Counted from the stretch's first letter, positions 11,007 to 21,585 are shown. The stretch: 64,000 nucleotides of DNA from Sedimentisphaerales bacterium (GCA_963666285.1 OY762711.1); one strand, 5' to 3'. Notes: generated by a model from the letters alone, not told the origin. Numbers and translations: made by a program.

Positions 11007-12536
11007 ATGAAGCACATATCTAGACGATCTATTCTCAAAACTGCGGCTGGTGCGGCAGCAGCTCTTTCGGCTTCTCCCCAAATAGCTACCAGCCTGGCAA
11101 AAATAACAGATGAAACTCCTGGCTGTTTTTTCGAAAAAGAATTTGGCATTTCTGATCAATTATGCCGGAAAGTACTTTCGGCCGCGTTGGCCAAAGGCGG
11201 AGATTATGCGGATATATTCTTTGAACATACAGTAAACAATTACCTGGTACTTGAAGATGGTAAGGTAAACAGATCCTCATGTGAGATATCTCTTGGCGTT
11301 GGAATAAGAACCATCTGTGGCGACCAGGTTGGCTACGGTTTCACACAGGAACTGAGCGAAAAGTCAATGTTGTCAGCAGCAACTACAGCCGCGTCAATCG
11401 CAGATTCCAGCCCAAATAAACCAGCTGGGAAATTTATCTCCATGGAAATAAGTGATTTTTATCCATTAAAAACACTCATGACAAATGTACCGCTTGAAGA
11501 TAAACTAAAAATTGTCCAGGAACTAAATACACAAATATTTCAAAGGTCTCCCCTCATTACAAAAGCCCAAATATCACTCAGCGAAAATCATAAACAGATT
11601 TTAATTATCAACAGCCTTGGGACAAAAACTTCTGACCAGCAGCCGCTTTCGCATTTATCTGCTTCAATTGTTGCTGAAAAAGATGGTAAACAGGAACAAG
11701 AACGCTATTACCTGGGCGGTAGATGCGGTTTTGAATATTACAACCAGGAAACTATCAATACTATTGCCGATGAAGCCGTAAAAAGAGTATTAACCCTGTT
11801 TGATGCTACCATTCCTCCTGCAGGTGAAATCCCGGTTGTTGTTGGTCCAGACTCCGGCGTACTTTTGCACGAAGCTATTGGCCACGGCATGGAAGCTGAC
11901 TTTAACCGTAAAGGAACTTCAACCTACGCAACCATGCTGAACCAGAAGGTCGCCCAGTCAGATGTTACCATCGTTGACGATGGGACAAACCTTAATCTCG
12001 CAGGATCAATAAATGTTGATGATGAAGGCACACCCGGACAATGTACGGTATTGGTAGAAAAAGGTATACTACGAGGATATCTGCATGACAGGATTTCAGC
12101 AAAGCATTATGGTGTATCACCAACCGGAAATGGTAGAAGAGAAAGCTTCGAGCATTATGTTGTACCGAGGATGAGAAATACTTATATGATGAGCGGCAGC
12201 GACAACGAAGAAGATATAATAAGAAGTGTAAAAAATGGAATTTATGTCAAATCTGTTAGCAATGGCCAGGTTAAAATAGGTGAAGGAGATTTTGCATTTT
12301 ATGTCTCCCAGGGTAATTTGATTGAAGATGGCAAACTTACAGCTCCAATTAAAGATGTAAACATCATGGGCAACGGTCCAAAAATGCTTAGAAATATTAC
12401 CAGGGTTGCAGATAACCTGGCTTTCTCACGCAGTGCTATCGGCAGATGCGGTAAAGACGGGCAAAGTGTTCCGGTTGGTTTTGGAATGCCTACCGTACTG
12501 GTAAAATCACTTACTGTCGGCGGCAGAAAATCATAG
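11007..12536 (+). CDS. tldD: TldD-family metalloprotease with Tat signal peptide
   Basis: HEAIGHGMEAD zinc motif, DDEG, GNGRR, PRMRNT, CGKDGQSVPVG; N-terminus SRRSILK followed by hydrophobic stretch. Confidence 0.9.
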   Translation: MKHISRRSILKTAAGAAAALSASPQIATSLAKITDETPGCFFEKEFGISDQLCRKVLSAALAKGGDYADIFFEHTVNNYLVLEDGKVNRSSCEISLGVGIRTICGDQVGYGFTQELSEKSMLSAATTAASIADSSPNKPAGKFISMEISDFYPLKTLMTNVPLEDKLKIVQELNTQIFQRSPLITKAQISLSENHKQILIINSLGTKTSDQQPLSHLSASIVAEKDGKQEQERYYLGGRCGFEYYNQETINTIADEAVKRVLTLFDATIPPAGEIPVVVGPDSGVLLHEAIGHGMEADFNRKGTSTYATMLNQKVAQSDVTIVDDGTNLNLAGSINVDDEGTPGQCTVLVEKGILRGYLHDRISAKHYGVSPTGNGRRESFEHYVVPRMRNTYMMSGSDNEEDIIRSVKNGIYVKSVSNGQVKIGEGDFAFYVSQGNLIEDGKLTAPIKDVNIMGNGPKMLRNITRVADNLAFSRSAIGRCGKDGQSVPVGFGMPTVLVKSLTVGGRKS

Positions 12537-12551
12537 AAGGGAGAATTACTC

Positions 12552-13874
12552 ATGAGCTGCAATAAATCAGAACTAGCACAAACAGCAATGAAAATCGCAC
12601 TCAAAGCCGGTGCGAACGAATGCCGGATAACTATCAGCAATACTCGTCTGGTAGAAATTAAATATCGCGAGATGAAACCTGAAAACATAAAAGAAGCGTC
12701 TAAAAATGAAATGACAATACTTCTATATGTTAACGGTAGATTTTCCTCTCAACGTACTTGCGATCTTCGAAATAATGCTTTGGAAACATTTATCACCAAC
12801 GCAGTTAAACAAACTGCTCTATTAGCTGAAGATCCTTTTCGGTCACTACCTGACCAGAAATTGTATAAGATCCCGAAAGAAATCGATTTAGAAAATATTG
12901 ATCCGAACTACAACAATCTTTCTACTGAGGCAAGACACAACATAGCCTATAAAATCGAAAATGAATGCCGAAAGATTGCTGGAGACAATCTCATCTCAGC
13001 AAATGCAGAAATTTCAGATTCATTTCAGGACACTTTAGTTTTAGCCAGCAACGGTTTCGAAGGACAAACGCAGTCAACGTCTTACTCTGTTGGGGCCAGC
13101 ATTGCCCTGCAGGATGAAGGTACACGTCGCCCTAATGGCTATTACTATGCCAACACAACCAGATACAAGGATTTGCCGCCAGTTGAATTCGTTGCAAAAG
13201 AAGCCGTAGAAAGAACTAAAAGACTTATTGGCGGTAAAAAAATCAAGACCCAGACTCTGCCGATAATCATAGAAAATCGACAGGTCCCTAGAATTTTATA
13301 TGGCTTATTAGCTGCAATGTATGGAAGAAATATCCAGCAGAAACAGTCATTCCTGGCAAACAAAAAGGGTCGGGTTATTGCCTCACCAAAACTGACTATA
13401 ATCGACGATCCATTCATCAAACGAGGACAAGGCAGTAGATTATTTGATTCTGAAGGAATTGCCTCCGGTAAAAGGGCAATAATTGAAAACGGAAGACTAA
13501 ATAACTTTTATATTGACTGGTATTATAGCAGAAAGCTTAACTGTACACCAACAACAGGGACCCCTTCCAACCTGGTAATAACTCCGGGAAATCGGTCGCT
13601 AACAGACATAATGAAAGACCTTGGCAAAGGCATACTGGTCACGGGATTTATCGGGGGAAATTCAAATTCAACCACAGGTGACATGTCTCTGGGCATTATC
13701 GGTGAAATGTTTGAAAATGGTGAAATAGTCCAACCTGTATCTGAAATGAATATAGCAGATAATCATCTGACATTCTGGAACAAACTCATCGAAACAGCAA
13801 ATGACAATTGGGAATACTCATCACGCCGAACTCCAAGCCTTGTATTTGATAACATTGTTGTAGCCGGCGTTTAG
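12552..13874 (+). CDS. pmbA: PmbA/TldE-family partner subunit
   Basis: IIDDPF..GSRLFDSEG, NSTTGDMSLG, PVSEMNIA, RTPSL; follows tldD. Confidence 0.88.
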   Translation: MSCNKSELAQTAMKIALKAGANECRITISNTRLVEIKYREMKPENIKEASKNEMTILLYVNGRFSSQRTCDLRNNALETFITNAVKQTALLAEDPFRSLPDQKLYKIPKEIDLENIDPNYNNLSTEARHNIAYKIENECRKIAGDNLISANAEISDSFQDTLVLASNGFEGQTQSTSYSVGASIALQDEGTRRPNGYYYANTTRYKDLPPVEFVAKEAVERTKRLIGGKKIKTQTLPIIIENRQVPRILYGLLAAMYGRNIQQKQSFLANKKGRVIASPKLTIIDDPFIKRGQGSRLFDSEGIASGKRAIIENGRLNNFYIDWYYSRKLNCTPTTGTPSNLVITPGNRSLTDIMKDLGKGILVTGFIGGNSNSTTGDMSLGIIGEMFENGEIVQPVSEMNIADNHLTFWNKLIETANDNWEYSSRRTPSLVFDNIVVAGV

Positions 13875-13938
13875 CATATTGGCAGCTACTCTGTTACAAT
13901 TGTTAGAGATTTTATTATTTTATAGGTAAGCTTGCATA

Positions 13939-15312
13939 TTACATATAAGTATAGCCTACCTCTGAATTTGCCTGCTTAGCTTCTATCAAAGTATTGGTCA
14001 CCCGGTCAAACAGCGACTGGGTTCCTTCATACAATAAATGTTCGATCCTGGCTCCTCCAATACGATCATGAATTGGAAAACCTACCCTTACCAGCGGTAT
14101 ATTCAGTTTCCTGGATAGAGTATAGCCTTTACTGTTACCGATAATAAAATCAGGTTTTAATTCTTCGGCATATTCGTGAATATCAAGGAAGTCTGTCTTT
14201 TCGATAACCTTGACTTTACTCATAGCTTCACCGATAGATTCACTTAAAACTGACTCAAGGTTCGTCTTGGTAGCACCAGTTGCACATATAACCGGTACAA
14301 TACCTATTTCCAGCAGAAACTCAGCCATAGACAACACAAGTTCAGGCTGACCATAAACAATCGCTCGCTTACCGGAAACATATTTATGCGCATCTATATA
14401 ACTGTCAAGCAGCCTGCCTCGCTGATCATGATATTTCTGTGGCATTTTATTGCCGCTAACCTCTTCCAGGGTGCTAAAGAATTTATCACAATTTTTAATT
14501 CCAATCGGCATTGACATGCGATGTGCAGCAACGTCAAACCTGTCATGAAGCATTTTTGCAGCACTGAAATCATCACCAAATGTCTGACAGAATTCAATTG
14601 ATGCCGCCGCTGAACCAGTTTCAACTATTTCCTGGATTTTAGTTCCTCCTGGAGGAATTTTCGAGTATTTCTGCCAGGTCTGACCATCAAGTGTTTCAGA
14701 ATAGTCTGGCAAAATAGTTGGCTTTAAGCCAAAATCTTCCGCTGCGACACGAAGATTTCTTATATCAGCAGGTGACACCATACCAGGTATTATATTTATT
14801 CTGTTATATCCTATATCACCTGGGCGAGCCATCTGGTCAACCATCGCAACAATTGTCCCATAAAATCCCTCTGCCTCTGTTCCGGCATAGCTTGGAGTTG
14901 AAACATTAACAATCTGCGGTAACTCACAATCTGAATATGTCTTGCGAAACTCCTTCAAAAAACCATTCATATCATCACCGATAGTCTCTGCAAGACAAGT
15001 TGTAGCGACTCCGACAAATTTAGGCTGATATTGAACAATCACATTTTCCAGGGCAGTTCTAAAGTTTTCTCCACCACCAAATATTACCGCCTGTTCACTA
15101 AAATTCGATGATGCTATATCAATTGGCTCTTTATAATGACTTATCATATATCTGCGTATATACGTTGAACAACCCTGCGAACCATGTAGAAGAGTTATTG
15201 ACTTTTCTACTCCTGCAAACGCCATACAAGCTCCTAACGGCCTGCAGAGCTTACACGCATTTCTGGTCGCTGTAAATTGTTTCTTTTCTTTTGATTTCAT
15301 CTTCTGTACCAC
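13939..15312 (-). CDS. nifN: Nitrogenase FeMo-cofactor scaffold subunit NifN
   Basis: NACKLCRPLGA, HGSQGCSTY, TTCLAETIGDD, GFPIHDRIG; follows nifE. Confidence 0.92.
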   Translation of the reverse strand: MVQKMKSKEKKQFTATRNACKLCRPLGACMAFAGVEKSITLLHGSQGCSTYIRRYMISHYKEPIDIASSNFSEQAVIFGGGENFRTALENVIVQYQPKFVGVATTCLAETIGDDMNGFLKEFRKTYSDCELPQIVNVSTPSYAGTEAEGFYGTIVAMVDQMARPGDIGYNRINIIPGMVSPADIRNLRVAAEDFGLKPTILPDYSETLDGQTWQKYSKIPPGGTKIQEIVETGSAAASIEFCQTFGDDFSAAKMLHDRFDVAAHRMSMPIGIKNCDKFFSTLEEVSGNKMPQKYHDQRGRLLDSYIDAHKYVSGKRAIVYGQPELVLSMAEFLLEIGIVPVICATGATKTNLESVLSESIGEAMSKVKVIEKTDFLDIHEYAEELKPDFIIGNSKGYTLSRKLNIPLVRVGFPIHDRIGGARIEHLLYEGTQSLFDRVTNTLIEAKQANSEVGYTYM

Positions 15313-15364
15313 CCTGTTTTCCTATCAGTTATTTATCTACTTACTGATACTGCTTAATCCTACT

Positions 15365-16756
15365 CTATTGTCCAAAAGTTTTTGGAATTTGCCAGACCGG
15401 GCTCATCACACTACGATGAACCTCCCTGGCAAAATTTATCATCCCCTCATACCCGGCTAATGCTTCCTTCCTCTCATGATTATGGTCGCAAAAGCCAATA
15501 CCTAATTTATATGCGATGGGACGCTCTTTTACACCACCGATAAGCAGGTCAACGTTCTTTTCCTGAACGTATTTCGCCAGCTCTAATGGATTGGTGTCGT
15601 CAAGCAAGATCACATCGTCATCACAAAGTTCTGATAGCATGCGGTAATCCTCCTGGCTGCCGGTTTGTGAACCAGCCAGCACAGTCTTCACTCCCAACGT
15701 GCGTAAGGAACGTACGAGCGAGAATGCCTTAAACGCTCCGCCAGTGTAAATGGCTGCCCGCTTGCCATTCAGATCCTTCTTAAAACCTTTTAGCTCATCC
15801 ATAATCCTGGTAATCTCTGTACCGACAAGTTCCTGTGTACGAGCTAAAATCGTATCATCTAAATCCTTAAAATGTTCAGCTACATCATACAAAGCTCTAG
15901 ACATATCTTCGATACCAAAATAAGATACGTGAATAAACGGTATTCCATATTTCTCTTTCATCATTTTTGCCAGGAATACCATCGAGCCTGAACACTGCAC
16001 CACATTCAACGAAGCCGTATGTGCCTTGCGAATATCATCTACTCGCCCATCACCTGTCATTGTCGCAACGACATCTACTCCAATCTTCTTATAATAATCT
16101 TTTATCATCCAGGTTTCGCCGGCCAGGTTGAAATCTCCAAGTATATTTATACTGGCAGGAGATATATCAGCATCTCTTGTACCGATCAGTTTAAATAGAG
16201 CTTCACAGGCCGCCTTATAACCATTCTTTTTAGTCCCCTTAAAACCTTCAGAATGAACTGGTATTACTTCTATACCTTTTTCTCTACTAACTTTTTTACA
16301 AACAGCTTCTACATCATCACCTATCACACCAATGATACAGGTAGAATAAATAAATGCCGCTTTTGGTTTATATTCATCAATCAATTCACAAAGTACTTCA
16401 TACAGCTTAACTGCACCACCATATATAACATCGTTTTCCTGTAAATCCGTTGAAAAACTTAACCGATGAATCTGCGGACCTGACGAAAGAGCGCCCCGAA
16501 TATCCCAGGTGTATGCCGCACAGCCAATTGGACCGTGAACCAGATGCAAAGCATCGGCTACCGGGTACAAAACCACCCTGGATCCACAAAACACACAAGC
16601 TCGCTGGCTGACAGAACCTGCCAGCGACTGGGTTTCACATTTTATCTCAAAAGGCTTACCGGCATTTTCACTGGTCTTTTCATATATATGGCCTTCTCTG
16701 GTTTTTAATACTTCTATACTCACTGCTCTATTCTCTTTTGTACTGCTGGTTTTCAC
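15365..16756 (-). CDS. nifE: Nitrogenase FeMo-cofactor scaffold subunit NifE (GTG start; alternative GTG at 16723)
   Basis: SQRACVFCGSR, HGPIGCAAYTW, FSTDLQE, YSTCI, VQCSGS. Confidence 0.95.
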   Translation of the reverse strand: MKTSSTKENRAVSIEVLKTREGHIYEKTSENAGKPFEIKCETQSLAGSVSQRACVFCGSRVVLYPVADALHLVHGPIGCAAYTWDIRGALSSGPQIHRLSFSTDLQENDVIYGGAVKLYEVLCELIDEYKPKAAFIYSTCIIGVIGDDVEAVCKKVSREKGIEVIPVHSEGFKGTKKNGYKAACEALFKLIGTRDADISPASINILGDFNLAGETWMIKDYYKKIGVDVVATMTGDGRVDDIRKAHTASLNVVQCSGSMVFLAKMMKEKYGIPFIHVSYFGIEDMSRALYDVAEHFKDLDDTILARTQELVGTEITRIMDELKGFKKDLNGKRAAIYTGGAFKAFSLVRSLRTLGVKTVLAGSQTGSQEDYRMLSELCDDDVILLDDTNPLELAKYVQEKNVDLLIGGVKERPIAYKLGIGFCDHNHERKEALAGYEGMINFAREVHRSVMSPVWQIPKTFGQ

Positions 16757-17008
16757 AGCTCTGCCGCAGGTTGCAGCTAAAACGACTAGCTGCTACCTGA
16801 CGGCTTATGCCGTAATGATTGCTGTAAGTGCTGCAAACCACGCTAACACTTATTTTAACCTACTTTTCACCTATTTATTGGAGATTATCTACATTTCTCA
16901 TATATTTGAGGTTATTACTCTCATATCTATTAGTTACAGACATCTGCCCTAATCCTGCTAATTTCAGTTTGACTACTTTTCTATTTTTACTGCACACGAT
17001 ATAACTAT

Positions 17009-17024
17009 TACAATCTGCATGCCA
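17009..17024 (-). promoter_or_regulatory. sigma54 -24/-12 promoter of nifEN
   Basis: Minus strand TGGCAT-GCAGA-TTGTA. Confidence 0.75.
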
Positions 17025-17214
17025 AAATATCATTCAGACTCAATGACAGCATCATAATAATACTGACGCAAATAAGAGGTAACCCTGTAAACACAAATAA
17101 TAAAGCAACTTACATCAAAAATACAGCTCAAGACAACTCAACAGTTACCAATTAATAATTGTCATTTTTAAAATATTTTAACATGTCAAATGCTTATTAT
17201 TTACAAAATCTTAA

Positions 17215-17366
17215 ATGACATTTATTTCACAATTACAGCATAACATAGAATTACATAGCTCTAGAACAAAATGTAAGTCATTATAGAAAAGCAACTTAAA
17301 CGATATTGGAAATTAATTTCCATTTTCAGACTGCAAAGATTGCAGCATTGTTTCATTTTTGTTACA
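17215..17366. promoter_or_regulatory. Triplet of candidate activator binding sites upstream of nifE
   Basis: ATGACATTTATTTCAC (17215), TGGAAATTAATTTCCA (17307), GTTTCATTTTTGTTAC (17350). Confidence 0.6.
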
Positions 17367-17646
17367 CACCCAAAATAAATCTCCGCATATTTCAATTTTT
17401 CGCTGCAAGTAATACATACGATTAATATTAACAAAAAATATTTACTTATTTAGCAGAGGAGGTATAATTACAAAAGTGAGTCAAACAAATGGTTAGCAGT
17501 TTTATATAATTTTTTCTTAATAATTAAGACATTTTTTCACGATAACTAACAAGTATACAAAAATTAACATTGACCTGTGGCACAAAAAACACCGCAATGT
17601 TATGGGACTATTTTGGGTAGAATACTACTTTTAGGGAAACTTCAAT

Positions 17647-18339
17647 ATGCCTTCTGACCAATATGGAAGCCAGTACGAGTGTATTGAAACACTCATATCT
17701 CTTTTCATTGACGGTGATCGAGATGAAGCCGGCAAACTTCTTCGGTCATGGGGCCAACAGCATAGCTACCATGATGCAATTAGCGATATACTGGAACCGG
17801 CAATATCAAAATTCGGTCACGACTGGGGCAGGACCGAAAGAGTCAGTCTTGGGCAGGGGTATGTACTGGGAAAAGTAGCCGAAGATATTTTCGAGCTTGC
17901 AGCAAGCGAATATTCTAAACAGATTGCACCTGCCGCTAAAGGACCTGTCATTATGGGCAATATCGAAGATGACAATCACGCATTAGGACGCAAACTGGTT
18001 ATAACCTTTCTTAAAATTAATGGCTGGAATGTAATCGATCTTGGTAATGACATTACTGCAGAAGAATTTATCGATACGGCAGTTAAACATAATGCTTCAA
18101 TCATCGGTGTTTCTGCAATGATACTTAGAACAGCAATGAATATAAAAGGCGTTCGCCAATTACTAATTAAGCGAGGACTATCTGACAAAATCAAGCTGGC
18201 AGTTGGCGGGGCCGTATTCTGCCAACGCCCGGAACTGGTTGATGAAGTAGGCGGAGATGGAACTGCAAATAATGCTATATTAGCACCTGGCCTGTTTGAC
18301 AACCTAATGCAAAAGACTCGTATTAAAGGAAGTGTTTGA
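17647..18339 (+). CDS. Corrinoid (B12-binding) protein, MtaC/MttC-like
   Basis: Four-helix cap plus DNHALG (DxHxxG) cobalt-ligand motif, IDLG, IGVSAM, VGGA. Confidence 0.9.
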   Translation: MPSDQYGSQYECIETLISLFIDGDRDEAGKLLRSWGQQHSYHDAISDILEPAISKFGHDWGRTERVSLGQGYVLGKVAEDIFELAASEYSKQIAPAAKGPVIMGNIEDDNHALGRKLVITFLKINGWNVIDLGNDITAEEFIDTAVKHNASIIGVSAMILRTAMNIKGVRQLLIKRGLSDKIKLAVGGAVFCQRPELVDEVGGDGTANNAILAPGLFDNLMQKTRIKGSV

Positions 18340-18340
18340 A

Positions 18341-19372
18341 ATGAACAGCTCAGAAAGAGTGATGGCAGCAATCCAGGGAAAACCAACATACAGGCGAGCA
18401 GTAGCCCTTACCCTGTCTCTTTATGGCGCCAAGCTAATCAACTGCCCGCTGAAAGAATATTACAATAACTATAAACTATACGCAGAAGGTCAACTTGCGA
18501 TACGAGAGACATTCCAACCAGATATACTACTTGCCCCCTTTGCGTTACCACTTCTAGGAGCTGCATTTGGCAGCAGGATAAAATATTTTGCCAATCACCC
18601 TCCCAACATCGCCAAGCCGGTTCTTTCCAACCCAAATGATATTTCTTCCTTAGGCATGCCTGATATAGATACTGACCCAATCCTGAAATACATCAGAGAA
18701 AGCCTTAGAGAAATGGTATCAAATGCCGATGGTGAATACCCCGTTTCAGCTGTAGCTTTAAGTCCGGTTGATTTTCCAATTATGATATTAGGAATAGAAG
18801 CTTGGTTAGATACCGTTTTATTTAATCATGATCTTACAAAAAGAATTCTGGAAATTTCAACAAAATTCTTCCTTGACTGGACTAGCGCATTATTTAATGA
18901 TGGCGCTACATGTATTATATTACCGGCACCGTTTGCCAACCTGAGAATTGTCACCAGGAAATTTTTAACCAAAACAGCAATCCCAAACCTCAAGGAATCT
19001 TTTGCCCAATGCCTAGGCCCACTCATCCTCCATCACTGCGGCACATCATATCATGATACTTTGCCATATATAACAGACATGCCAAATACCATTGGATACT
19101 GCATAGGAAAAGAAGACAATCTAGCAGAATCAAGAAATGCCATAGGTAGCAACACACTATTACTTGGCAATATAGATGGCCCAAGCCTTTATAAGCGTGA
19201 TCCTGAGCATATATATAAACAGACATGCGAAATAATTGAAGACAGAAAAGAAGACCCTCACTTTATCCTGGCTACATCTGCTGCAGATATTGAACTTGAA
19301 ACACCAGAAGAAAATATTCAGGCAATCATTCAGGCAGCAAAGGAAACACATTTAGAAAAGGCTGGCATGTAA
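18341..19372 (+). CDS. Uroporphyrinogen decarboxylase-fold / MtaA-CmuA-like methyltransferase homolog
   Basis: MNSSERVMAA N-terminus, LHHCG, GNID, FIL..ETPEENI; operonic with corrinoid protein. Confidence 0.8.
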   Translation: MNSSERVMAAIQGKPTYRRAVALTLSLYGAKLINCPLKEYYNNYKLYAEGQLAIRETFQPDILLAPFALPLLGAAFGSRIKYFANHPPNIAKPVLSNPNDISSLGMPDIDTDPILKYIRESLREMVSNADGEYPVSAVALSPVDFPIMILGIEAWLDTVLFNHDLTKRILEISTKFFLDWTSALFNDGATCIILPAPFANLRIVTRKFLTKTAIPNLKESFAQCLGPLILHHCGTSYHDTLPYITDMPNTIGYCIGKEDNLAESRNAIGSNTLLLGNIDGPSLYKRDPEHIYKQTCEIIEDRKEDPHFILATSAADIELETPEENIQAIIQAAKETHLEKAGM

Positions 19373-19373
19373 C

Positions 19374-19973
19374 ATGCTAATCAAAGAACTCAATAATAAT
19401 ACAGTATGCCTGGCATGTTCAATATTTAAGGCTGAACTGAAAAATATATTTTCCAGCAACAATATTGATATGCCCATCAAATATTTCGACTCAATGCTGC
19501 ACATGGACCCGGAAAAACTCCAAAAAAAATTAGACAAAATAATAGAAACTGAACAAAAAACAGGAAATAAAATCTTACTAATTTGCGGCGAATGCCATAA
19601 CCATATGGACGGTTATGACGATAATACAAAAATCAGCAGAACAACCGGTAAAAACTGCATTGAATTATTCCTGGGCACAAAACTATACAAAGAACTTGAA
19701 GATAATGGCGCGTTCTTTTTCTTGTACGAATGGGCAAAAAGATGGCGGGAAACATTTGAAAACCACCTTGGCCTGAAAGGTAAAAATGCAAAAGAATTTA
19801 TGAAAGAACTACACAAATACCTTTTATATATTGATACCGGCACCCATCCGGTACCCGTAGAAACCATGAATGAAGCTTCTAAATATCTTGGTTTACCATG
19901 GAAAACGTTAAAAATAAACACAAATCAGATATCAAATTCGATACTAGCGGCATTGAATGCACTAAAACTATGA
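19374..19973 (+). CDS. DUF1638-like protein
   Basis: LACSIFKAE, LHMDPEKL, GEC, NCIELFLG, FFF..W, YIDTG pattern typical of DUF1638 in corrinoid gene clusters. Confidence 0.7.
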   Translation: MLIKELNNNTVCLACSIFKAELKNIFSSNNIDMPIKYFDSMLHMDPEKLQKKLDKIIETEQKTGNKILLICGECHNHMDGYDDNTKISRTTGKNCIELFLGTKLYKELEDNGAFFFLYEWAKRWRETFENHLGLKGKNAKEFMKELHKYLLYIDTGTHPVPVETMNEASKYLGLPWKTLKINTNQISNSILAALNALKL

Positions 19974-21553
19974 TAAATGAAATCGAACAATACAATACCC
20001 AACTAGCAAACACCAATATGGTCTTGGATATTGTGGAACAGATTCTGGCTGTCGCAAGCGACCTGAATGCTACCGGTGAACATTTAACACAGTCGCTTCG
20101 CGGGCTAACCGGAGCCTATGCCATTTTACTCACTATAATGTCAACTAAGAAACCAGACTCTTATAAAATACTGGCATTTAACCCTGAAAGAAGAAAATAC
20201 CTGGCAGAAACAGACATTGTTAAAGAACTCATCAAGCAATCTAAAAAACTCAGCAAAATCAAGTATTTCACCCTTTCAAACAATTCTCTCCGTAAAGGAC
20301 ACGACGTAGAAAAAAATAATACCATGATCGAAAATGCTGTAGTGGCACCTTTAATAAACAAGAACCATCATATTGGAAATCTTATCCTGCTCGGACTACC
20401 AAACAACGAGGCAGGCTCGACAAGATCACTAAAAGCAATTACTCTTCTTTCCAACATACTGGCTATAGTAATGAGAACAGCACTACTCTATAACAAGCAG
20501 GACAAACTTATAATCCAACTTGAAAAAGAAGTTAAGGAACGTATTCACGCCGAAGATGAACTCAAAAACGCAACAAGCCAGCTTATCCAAACCGAAAAAC
20601 TGGTATCAATCGGGCAACTGGCTGCCGGAGTAGCCCATGAAGTTAACAGTCCTCTCGGGGCGATCAAATCATCAAATGAATCCATCAATATCAACTTCTT
20701 GGATTTTTTTAAATTGATCCAAAAACAAAGCCACACCATGGTAAGGTTCAAAACTCTTACCGACAGGATCATTAAAACTATCAATACCGGCACACATGCA
20801 TATTCTTCAAGAGAAATCAGGCAGCAAAAATCGGAAATGCTGCACAATCTGGAAAAACATAATATTAAAAACGCTTACGAAATCGCCAACCTGCTGACCA
20901 ACGCCGGCATATACAATGATTACGCGGAATATATCCCCCTATTCGACAAGAACGACAACTCGGAAGACATTGTATTTCTTCAAAAGTTTTCTACCATACT
21001 GCAAAGCAGCAATATTATCGACATGGCAGTAAAACAATCAACAAAAGTAGTTAACGCCTTAAAAAACTTTGCACGCACCGGCGAAAACTCAGAACTAACT
21101 AAAATAAACATTAAAGATACAATTGAAACAGCTCTTACTTTGTACCGCAATGTATTAAAACATGGGATCGAACTGAAACTCAACTTTGAGGACGTGCCGA
21201 CCATTTACGGATATCCCGATAAACTTTGCCAGGTATGGACAAACCTGATACAAAATGCAGCATATGCAATGGGTAATAACGGGAAACTGGAAATCACATT
21301 ACGGCAAGTCAAAAACCTGATTCAGATTATCTTTACTGACTCAGGTACAGGAATACCGGCAGATATTATAGATAGAATTTTCGAACCGCTATTCACCACT
21401 AAGCAGCTTGGCGAAGGAACCGGACTGGGATTAGATATAGTTAAGCAGATCATCCAAGACCATAACGGATGCATTAGTGTAGAAAGTGAACCTGGCAAAG
21501 GAGCTACTTTTATAATAGAGCTGCCTCTCAACAACCAGTTAAAAACAGTTTAA
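19970..21553 (+). CDS. Cytoplasmic sensor histidine kinase (GAF-like input, NtrB-like core)
   Basis: EKLVSIGQLAAGVAHEVNSPLG H-box, QVWTNLIQNA, DSGTGI, FEPLFTTK, GTGLGL; ATGA overlap with the upstream stop. Confidence 0.92.
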   Translation: MINEIEQYNTQLANTNMVLDIVEQILAVASDLNATGEHLTQSLRGLTGAYAILLTIMSTKKPDSYKILAFNPERRKYLAETDIVKELIKQSKKLSKIKYFTLSNNSLRKGHDVEKNNTMIENAVVAPLINKNHHIGNLILLGLPNNEAGSTRSLKAITLLSNILAIVMRTALLYNKQDKLIIQLEKEVKERIHAEDELKNATSQLIQTEKLVSIGQLAAGVAHEVNSPLGAIKSSNESININFLDFFKLIQKQSHTMVRFKTLTDRIIKTINTGTHAYSSREIRQQKSEMLHNLEKHNIKNAYEIANLLTNAGIYNDYAEYIPLFDKNDNSEDIVFLQKFSTILQSSNIIDMAVKQSTKVVNALKNFARTGENSELTKINIKDTIETALTLYRNVLKHGIELKLNFEDVPTIYGYPDKLCQVWTNLIQNAAYAMGNNGKLEITLRQVKNLIQIIFTDSGTGIPADIIDRIFEPLFTTKQLGEGTGLGLDIVKQIIQDHNGCISVESEPGKGATFIIELPLNNQLKTV

Positions 21554-21585
21554 ATTACATAACTGTAAAACTTACTTTGAATATT

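Noticed and set aside
17578..17595. sigma54 promoter for the corrinoid operon (TGGCAC)
   Set aside because: No TTGC/TTGT at the required spacing.
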